Part shown: positions 57,192 to 64,000 of the stretch, piece after piece
Layout: every line of letters begins with the position of its first letter
How positions within the stretch are numbered: the first letter of the stretch is position 1
IMG/VR virus record: IMGVR_UViG_3300005265_000549
Span: 1 to 64,000 of that record
Length of the DNA stretch: 64,000 nt
From: a virus
Strand: one strand, 5' to 3'
The notes under the pieces: model-generated
The model's database searches: none
The model's input: only the letters and a program-made list of their open reading frames with translations
What the model was told of the DNA's origin: nothing
Translations under genes and position numbers: made by a program

Positions 57192-58754
57192 TTAAAAAAA
57201 ATATTCTAATGGTATTGAATTATCTTCTTTTTTCATTGAATCTGGAAAAAAGCCTACTGGTAATAAATTATTTTCTATTTCCTCCATTGCTTTAGAATAA
57301 ATTTTTCCCAAAATATTTTCTTGTTCTAACCAAATATCAACTAATTGTTCATTTGACATAAAATATGAAAATAAAATTAATGGAGTAATTAAATCATCAT
57401 GTTTTGTTTTAGCAGCAGAAAACGTTCCATTTTTCTGCTTCTCAAAATAACTAAATTGTTCGATTGTTTCAAAATTTAATATATTTAATTTATTTAATTC
57501 TATAAATGTTTTAAGATGTGAACAACCTAATCGTTTTGAACCTCTAGTCATCCTAATTCCAAATTTTTTATTATAAAAAAATAAATTTTCATATTCATAA
57601 TCATAATTCAAAGAATTTAAAACTGATTCACCAATAGAATTATTTTCAACAATTACTAATGAATTATTATAAGCTTTTCCTATATTATTTATCACATTAG
57701 AAAATAAATTAGTTTTAATCAAATTATCATTAAATACTGCTACTTGCTTCCATGGAATCGTTGTGACATCAATAATTTGAATTGTAGAATAATCACCACC
57801 AACACCTTCAGCTACATCACAAACAGAAATATAACTATGATTTTTAATTGGATTTTCATAAATTTTTAAGTTATCATTATTTATTGAAATTGGGTCTTCA
57901 AATACCATATTTCTTATTGTATTTACATCAATTAAAGTATTAGATGATCCTAAAAATTCAGATTCAAATTCTTGTCGGAATCTTTCAATTCCTATTTCAG
58001 AAATCATTTTTTCACGCCAAGCTTCATCTCGACCAGGAACTTCATTCCATTTTATACTAAAATATTTATAACCATTTATTCCTTTTTCTGCTTCAATCCA
58101 AAATTTATAAAAGTGATTTAATCCCCAAGGAGTAGAAACCATTAAAATTTTAGCTTCTTTTGATGTTGAAATAGTTGGATAAACAGATTGAATGAAGTCT
58201 TCAAAAACACCATGATGAATAAATGCAAATTCATCAAGTGCTAAAAAATTTATTGCCATACCACGAATGGCTGATGAACTTGTTGCTGCTGTAACTATTC
58301 TAGAACCATTATCAAATTCAACAGTTCCTTTATTCCATTCAACAACTCCAGGTTTTAACCATTTTGGAAGATTTTCAAACATTATTTTTATTCTATATAA
58401 TATTTCTCTAGCTGTCTTATCTTTATTACCTAAAATTGCTGCAGTTTTATTTTCATTGAATATTATATAATGACACATATAAGCTGCAAAAGATGCAGTC
58501 TTTCCTGATTGTCTTCCAAGCTTTGCTATAATTCTTTTATTATTATGTATTAAATTAATAAATTTAGTTTGATAATCATATAAATCAAATTTAATTAATC
58601 CATCATCCAAATTTACAATATAAATATAATTTTTTATAAAATAAATTGGATCAAATTTACAACGAATTATTTCTCTAATTTGTTCTTTAGTATAATTTTC
58701 TTTGAAACCTTTAGGGTTTAGATTTATATTACCTTGATAAGATACTTTATTCAT
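57192..58754 (-). CDS. gp17: terminase large subunit
   Basis: DPIYFIKNY, RQSGKT, LDEFAF, STPWGLNHFY, FRQEFE, DVAEGVGGDYS, HDDL. Confidence 0.96.
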   Translation of the reverse strand: MNKVSYQGNINLNPKGFKENYTKEQIREIIRCKFDPIYFIKNYIYIVNLDDGLIKFDLYDYQTKFINLIHNNKRIIAKLGRQSGKTASFAAYMCHYIIFNENKTAAILGNKDKTAREILYRIKIMFENLPKWLKPGVVEWNKGTVEFDNGSRIVTAATSSSAIRGMAINFLALDEFAFIHHGVFEDFIQSVYPTISTSKEAKILMVSTPWGLNHFYKFWIEAEKGINGYKYFSIKWNEVPGRDEAWREKMISEIGIERFRQEFESEFLGSSNTLIDVNTIRNMVFEDPISINNDNLKIYENPIKNHSYISVCDVAEGVGGDYSTIQIIDVTTIPWKQVAVFNDNLIKTNLFSNVINNIGKAYNNSLVIVENNSIGESVLNSLNYDYEYENLFFYNKKFGIRMTRGSKRLGCSHLKTFIELNKLNILNFETIEQFSYFEKQKNGTFSAAKTKHDDLITPLILFSYFMSNEQLVDIWLEQENILGKIYSKAMEEIENNLLPVGFFPDSMKKEDNSIPLEYFF

Positions 58755-58770
58755 AAAAATTCTCCATAGT

Positions 58771-58872
58771 CTATAAATTTTAAAAAAAATCGTTTAATCG
58801 TCATTTTCTGTTTTTTCATTAATAAAATTAAATACTTACAATACGCTTTTTTCAAAAACAAGGTGTATGTTA
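58771..58872. repeat. dispersed non-coding repeat, copy B
   Basis: 58818-58844 identical to 36081-36107; CAAGGTGTATGTTA at 58859. Confidence 0.8.
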
Positions 58873-58937
58873 AAAATAAGTAAAATTTTATTTATTTGAT
58901 TTTTTTATAAAACTTTAATAATTTCATTAACTTACAT

Positions 58938-58977
58938 AAATAAAAATTGGGATTTTCCCTCACAAAGAAAATCCCAA
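58938..58977 (-). terminator. intrinsic terminator after gp14
   Basis: TTGGGATTTTC/GAAAATCCCAA stem with a minus-strand T-run. Confidence 0.7.
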
Positions 58978-59010
58978 CGAGGAGGACACATATTTCATCT
59001 TCAATAACTT

Positions 59011-59604
59011 TTAAAATCCATCGTTAAATGGATCAGTTTCATTAAATTCTAATATATCTGTAAAAGTTTGAATTGAATCATCTTTAGCTGATATTTTATC
59101 TTCTAATATATCAATATTAATATCACCTGTATCAAGAATTTCTCCTGAATAATTCCATTTTTTAGCTGAAAAAGTAAATAAAGTTTGTCCTCCAGCTAAA
59201 TAAAATATTTCTTCATCTTCTACAAATGATATTTCAAAAATCACTTTATTAAATTTAAATTGAATTAAATCTCCAATCTCTGGTAATTCACCACCTAATA
59301 ATTCAATCATATAATTTTGTTGAATTTTTAATTTTAATGTATCATCAATTTCTAAACCAAATTTAGAAAAGAAATCTTGTTGACCACCAAAAGCTGTATA
59401 ATCATCTAATAACATCTTACATTCAATTTTTTCATCAAATGTTGATAAATCATCTTCACCAAATAAATCATCTTGAGCTATAGATGTTCTTGGTAAATAA
59501 ATTACAGGAATACCATATTGTTCAATATATTCTAAAGTATTATCATTATATAAAGCATATTCATTTGAAGAATTTTCTTCAAAAAAATTAAAATAACCCA
59601 TCAT
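59011..59604 (-). CDS. gp14: neck protein
   Basis: YLPR...LFGED...FSKFGL...P.IGDLI...FEISFVE. Confidence 0.88.
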   Translation of the reverse strand: MMGYFNFFEENSSNEYALYNDNTLEYIEQYGIPVIYLPRTSIAQDDLFGEDDLSTFDEKIECKMLLDDYTAFGGQQDFFSKFGLEIDDTLKLKIQQNYMIELLGGELPEIGDLIQFKFNKVIFEISFVEDEEIFYLAGGQTLFTFSAKKWNYSGEILDTGDINIDILEDKISAKDDSIQTFTDILEFNETDPFNDGF

Positions 59605-59640
59605 TTTATCCTATTAAATAAATCTTCATAAATTTTTATT

Positions 59641-60339
59641 TTAACCCCACATAAAGTCAATTGGTTCTTGATAACGATTATATAATTCTTCTTCTAATAA
59701 TTCTTTTTCTGTTTTACCTTCTTCTAAAATAGATCCATAATTTAATGAAACTCCACCTGGTAAAGTGGCTCCTTCATATTTTCCAATATTACCAGCCCAG
59801 ATAATTTTACTTAAAGCTGCAGCGTATTTTTTTACCCAAAGATTTTCATATAATAATGTTTCATCTACTGGTGAAGAATATACTTGTAGAGCAACTTTTT
59901 CATCTGAAGTTATTTTAAAAAATTTAATTAAATGAGTTGTTGAATTAAAATCAAATGATTTTTGTCTTTTAAGATAATTTTCGGTATTTGAAATATTTTG
60001 ATAAAACATTTCCAAATCTAAAACACTAGAAGAATAAGTCGGAGTCATATTATTAATTAAATAAGGATTAATTAATAAAGGTTCATCAGTAATTAAAGAA
60101 TCAGTAATTGATAAAACTCGTAAAACTGTTTTTATATTAATAGGTAAATTATATTCTAAAGTATCTTTTATTAAATTTAAAAAAACAAAACCTTCATCTA
60201 AACCATCATAATGAACTTCAACAAATTTATCAATCGTATCTTGGATTGCGATATCTAACTGTTCATCAGCAATTTCAATATTAATAACTGGTGATCCTAG
60301 ACGTTGCATTATATGCTGTTTGAATTCTACTTTTGTCAT
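59641..60339 (-). CDS. gp13: neck protein
   Basis: LGSPVINIEIADEQL, HYDG, WVKKYA, LPGGVSLN. Confidence 0.9.
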   Translation of the reverse strand: MTKVEFKQHIMQRLGSPVINIEIADEQLDIAIQDTIDKFVEVHYDGLDEGFVFLNLIKDTLEYNLPINIKTVLRVLSITDSLITDEPLLINPYLINNMTPTYSSSVLDLEMFYQNISNTENYLKRQKSFDFNSTTHLIKFFKITSDEKVALQVYSSPVDETLLYENLWVKKYAAALSKIIWAGNIGKYEGATLPGGVSLNYGSILEEGKTEKELLEEELYNRYQEPIDFMWG

Positions 60340-60650
60340 ACTAATTTTACCTTAAAAGAAGGCATCCATTGTATTCCAGCAGGTGCCGTAGGTTTATATA
60401 TTGTAACTGATGCGTCATATGTGCCTTCTTGTAAATCTGGAACATTTAAAATTTTAATTGTAATAGTTCCATTATTAGCTGACCAATCAAAAGCATCAGT
60501 TATTATATCTGAATCAATAACAACTTCACCCAATTCCATCACAACTCTTGTGACAGTTGATAAATCCGCCGGGGCAAAAACCCCGGTAGAATTATCACTT
60601 AATTTTATTTTTTGAACATTTTCTTTACCAATTGCAAATGTTAAAGTCAT
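60336..60650 (-). CDS. virion-associated hypothetical protein
   Basis: 104 aa, beta-rich, in the structural operon. Confidence 0.55.
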   Translation of the reverse strand: MTLTFAIGKENVQKIKLSDNSTGVFAPADLSTVTRVVMELGEVVIDSDIITDAFDWSANNGTITIKILNVPDLQEGTYDASVTIYKPTAPAGIQWMPSFKVKLV

Positions 60651-60663
60651 TTAATTTAACCTA

Positions 60664-61455
60664 TTAATTTAGTGATGTTACAAATTGTCCAGCTAAAAAT
60701 TTAACATCATCATTTAATCCTACAGCTTGATCGACTACATTCGTATTATCATACATCAACATATTACCGGCATTTAAATCATCACATAATGCTGTTGCAA
60801 CAATAGTTCCCCAAGAACCAGAAGGTGTATTAAATTGAATGTTTGTATTATTATTCAATGTTCCAGTTGTTGCAGTTGACCAATCTGAAAAAGCTTTTCT
60901 AGCATAGTTATTTCCAGCAGGATCTGAAACTGTTGATCCTGTATCTGAATCTGAAACAGTAGCGGTAACCAATGCAACATAAATTGATGGTTGTGCATAA
61001 GATGTATTTTTGAACATAAATTCTAATAATGCATTTGCTAAATAATCTGACATTCCTGTTCCAGAACCAGCATTTACACTAATAACAACTTCACCAGATG
61101 CAATTGATGGGGTACTATTAACAACGACATTAATATCATTATTTAATGAACCATAAGCTAACATATTACCACCTGAAGAAGCATCAAATATAGCATAATA
61201 ACCATATGTTTCATCTCCAGAAGTAGATTTTGGAAAAGTAACTGTTCCAGATTGTGTTATTGCTCTTGATGCTGCTGCGCCAAATGTAATAGCTTTTCTT
61301 GTATAAGAACCATACGTTGCTTCAGTCCATCCTGAAGCATCTTCACCAGCATCTGTAGAACTTAATGCAACATAAACAGTAGAAACTTGTGAATAAGAAG
61401 TATTCCCAAAAATATGATTTAAGATTGCATTTTCTGCATAATTTGTTAAACTCAT
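60664..61455 (-). CDS. virion structural/fibre protein with two tandem domains
   Basis: Two copies of (T/S)xY..NA.L...F.NTSY.Q...YVAL...Y.RKA...GNML. Confidence 0.7.
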   Translation of the reverse strand: MSLTNYAENAILNHIFGNTSYSQVSTVYVALSSTDAGEDASGWTEATYGSYTRKAITFGAAASRAITQSGTVTFPKSTSGDETYGYYAIFDASSGGNMLAYGSLNNDINVVVNSTPSIASGEVVISVNAGSGTGMSDYLANALLEFMFKNTSYAQPSIYVALVTATVSDSDTGSTVSDPAGNNYARKAFSDWSTATTGTLNNNTNIQFNTPSGSWGTIVATALCDDLNAGNMLMYDNTNVVDQAVGLNDDVKFLAGQFVTSLN

Positions 61456-61463
61456 TTTTTACC

Positions 61464-64000
61464 TCATTTTTGAATATTGATTACTATTAGTGGGAAATCT
61501 TTTTCCTCACTTACATTTTCAATTTTTTGTTTATAATCAATTAATTTTTCTAATTTAAAATTAATACTCTCATTATTTATCAAACTAAAATATTCTTTAT
61601 TTATTTTTCGTTTTTCACTAACATTTTCTAATTTTCTAAAAATAGTTTTATTTATTTTTTGTTTATCAAGAACTTCATAATAATTTTTCTCTAGAGGAAT
61701 TCTTAATAATTTTGTGAATATACTATTATTATTTATATGTCTGAAAATTGAAACATTTTCAATTTTTGAAAAATCAGAAATATTTTTAATTCTTGTTTTA
61801 AGTATTTCACCTAAATAATCCCATAATAAAATAATATCATTATTAATAAATTCTAATTCATTAATATTAGATAAAAATTCTCTATAACAAAAAATATCAA
61901 TATTTGAAAAATCAAAATTAACATTAATACTATTTTCAAATGTTTTTGTAATTATCGCATTGATTACATCAATGACAATATTATTATTTATATTATTTAG
62001 TAATTCAGAAATTTTAAATATTTGAATATCTGAAATATTTAAACTATTTAATTTATTAAATTCTAATAATCTTTCAATCGAAATAACAATATTATCATTA
62101 ATATTAAATTCAATATCATTAACACTATTAAATTCTCTATCTATATTAATTAATAATGATGATACATTAATATTATTATTAATATTTGAATTTATTGCCC
62201 AATAATTATATAAATTAAAAGTATTTAAATTAAATTGTAATTCTAATTGACTTAATAAATTTCTTTCAATTGAAACAATAATAATATTATTATTATTAAA
62301 TTCATTTTCAATATTAGAAATTATTTCTCTATCAACAGTAATATCAACATTTGTAATATCTAAAATTGAAGTTGCTTCACAAGAAAATTTATGAAGATTT
62401 TTAACTTCAATATCTTTTGAAGTAACAATATTATCTATTGTTGAAATTAATAATCTTTCATTTGAAACAATACTATTTGAAAGACTAATTATATTTTCAA
62501 CTTCAAATTTTCTTCTACTATGTTTTATTTCCCGTAAAACAACTGCTGCTGCATCTGAAGTAACAAAATATCCTAATGCTGGTTGAAGAAGAAGTTCTCT
62601 ATTATTAAGATATCTTATAACAAATGCATCAACAATATTTGTTTCTGTATTGATTTGAATATTTGCATTGAAAAATCTATCAGTAACTTCAATTGCATTA
62701 ACAATATTTGTTTCTGTATTGATTTGAATATTTGCATTTAATTCAATATTTCTAGAAACTATTACAATACTATTTGATAATGAAGTTTCTATTGAAATAT
62801 TTGAATTAAAAAATCTTTCAGTAACTGAAATTGCTTCAATATCTGATGCATCAATATTATTTTCAATGAATGCTACAAGTGGAATACCTGTAATTTCTGA
62901 TGCTTTAATATCATTAACATTAAATTCTATTTGAATATTAGAAGTTAATGCTTTTTCTTGTGCAATATAAATTTCTGAACATATAAATGAAGAATTTATT
63001 TCACAACTATAAGTTGAAGCAATATTAACATCACTACAAATAAATAATTCTTCGTGTCCTGGATAAAATACTTCATTTGGAAAAATTCTTTCACCAGGAT
63101 ATTTACTTTTTAATATATCTGCTTTTAAGAAAACATCTTTAACACTTTTAGCATCAATATCTGTAACTGTTATTTCATTATTAATTGTTGCTGATAATGA
63201 ATTTTCTAATGAAACATCTATATTATTATTAATAACAGTATGTCTAATTGTTGAACGTAAATTTATATCAGTAACTTCAATTGCATTAATTTTAGAACAA
63301 ACAAATTGATCTTGTAAACCAGGATAAAAACCATTATTAGGATAACTATTATTTGTTGGATAATCTTGTCTAAAAATATTAGCTTTAAATTGTCTAATAT
63401 TTGTTAATGAAATATCAGTTATAGAATAACAATTTTCAATAAATGCTACAAGTGGAATACCTGTTATTTCAACTGCTTCAATATTTGAAAGATTTATTAC
63501 TGATTGAATATTTGTATTAAAATCAGTAATAAAATAAAATTCAATATTTGAATTTATAAAATTAGTAAGAATATTAGTTCTTAAACTTGTTTCTGTGACT
63601 TCTTGAACATCTAAATTAGAAGTTATAAAATCATTGACAATATTTGAAATAAAATAATAATTATTTCTACAAAGTACTAGTGATATATCAAAATCATTTT
63701 TGATATCAGCAATTAATGGAATTATATTTTCAGCTATTGGAACTGATAATTTAACTGTATGTCTGATTATTGAACGTAAAGTTCTTTCAGTAGATTCAAT
63801 TGCTTTAGCTGATGAACAAACAAATTGATCTCTTAAACCAGGATAAAAATCATTATTAGGTAAATTTGATACTTTTGGATAAGTTTGTTTATGAATATCA
63901 GCAGCTAATAATCTTTCAACTGAAATACTAATTTCAGAATTATCAATAGTATTTTCAATAAATGAATTAAATAATATTCCTTGTTCTACTTCTACTTTTA
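61464..64000 (-). CDS. large repetitive Ile/Asn/Ser-rich structural protein (partial; start beyond the window; not in the ORF track)
   Basis: Same frame open at spot checks near 64000, 62600 and 61500, stop TGA at 61464-66; internal DNA repeats; not every codon checked. Confidence 0.7.
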   Translation of the reverse strand, partial: KVEVEQGILFNSFIENTIDNSEISISVERLLAADIHKQTYPKVSNLPNNDFYPGLRDQFVCSSAKAIESTERTLRSIIRHTVKLSVPIAENIIPLIADIKNDFDISLVLCRNNYYFISNIVNDFITSNLDVQEVTETSLRTNILTNFINSNIEFYFITDFNTNIQSVINLSNIEAVEITGIPLVAFIENCYSITDISLTNIRQFKANIFRQDYPTNNSYPNNGFYPGLQDQFVCSKINAIEVTDINLRSTIRHTVINNNIDVSLENSLSATINNEITVTDIDAKSVKDVFLKADILKSKYPGERIFPNEVFYPGHEELFICSDVNIASTYSCEINSSFICSEIYIAQEKALTSNIQIEFNVNDIKASEITGIPLVAFIENNIDASDIEAISVTERFFNSNISIETSLSNSIVIVSRNIELNANIQINTETNIVNAIEVTDRFFNANIQINTETNIVDAFVIRYLNNRELLLQPALGYFVTSDAAAVVLREIKHSRRKFEVENIISLSNSIVSNERLLISTIDNIVTSKDIEVKNLHKFSCEATSILDITNVDITVDREIISNIENEFNNNNIIIVSIERNLLSQLELQFNLNTFNLYNYWAINSNINNNINVSSLLINIDREFNSVNDIEFNINDNIVISIERLLEFNKLNSLNISDIQIFKISELLNNINNNIVIDVINAIITKTFENSINVNFDFSNIDIFCYREFLSNINELEFINNDIILLWDYLGEILKTRIKNISDFSKIENVSIFRHINNNSIFTKLLRIPLEKNYYEVLDKQKINKTIFRKLENVSEKRKINKEYFSLINNESINFKLEKLIDYKQKIENVSEEKDFPLIVINIQK

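Noticed and set aside
6318-60615. Short opposite-strand or nested ORFs in the track (e.g. 12158, 12515, 12696, 29000, 38386, 49928, 50213, 51848, 58267, 60304)
   Set aside because: They overlap well-supported genes, lack RBS and motifs, and are expected in AT-rich DNA.
1-64000. Stop-codon reassignment
   Set aside because: Conserved genes are full length in the standard code, TAA, TAG and TGA all end genes, and no suppressor tRNA was seen.
1-64000. Prophage or bacterial chromosome origin
   Set aside because: No integrase or host housekeeping synteny; host-like genes share the phage's base composition and sit among phage genes.

Overview
A 64 kb segment of a large, very AT-rich, T4-like (myovirus) phage genome in the standard genetic code. 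Plus strand 1-48254 carries: a disrupted TROVE/vWA (Ro60-like) gene; a tRNA array with 11 tRNAs, several non-canonical, plus tRNA-like RNAs including a circularly permuted YrlA/Y-RNA-like element; a PEP-CTERM protein and a tetraheme cytochrome c3 inside that array; early accessory genes behind a repeated sigma70-type promoter cassette (ThyX, DnaJ, an NAD+ reconstitution pair, Rnl2, NAD-dependent DNA ligase, tmRNA, an unknown structured RNA); a late block of enzymes that all begin with a T4 capsid-targeting-like leader (ligase-like, nuclease-like, nucleotidyltransferase, PARP-like ADP-ribosyltransferase, cytidylyltransferase-like, kinase); a 7-deazaguanine DNA-modification cluster containing a glycosyltransferase; and the gp45-44-62-regA...33-59-32 replication block. 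Minus strand 48291-64000 carries virion and packaging genes (gp16, 15, 29-like, 51, 26, 54-like, 19, a homing endonuclease, 18, 17, 14, 13 and a large repetitive fibre-like ORF that runs off the window). All protein calls come from motifs and gene order recognised by eye; no database searches were run.
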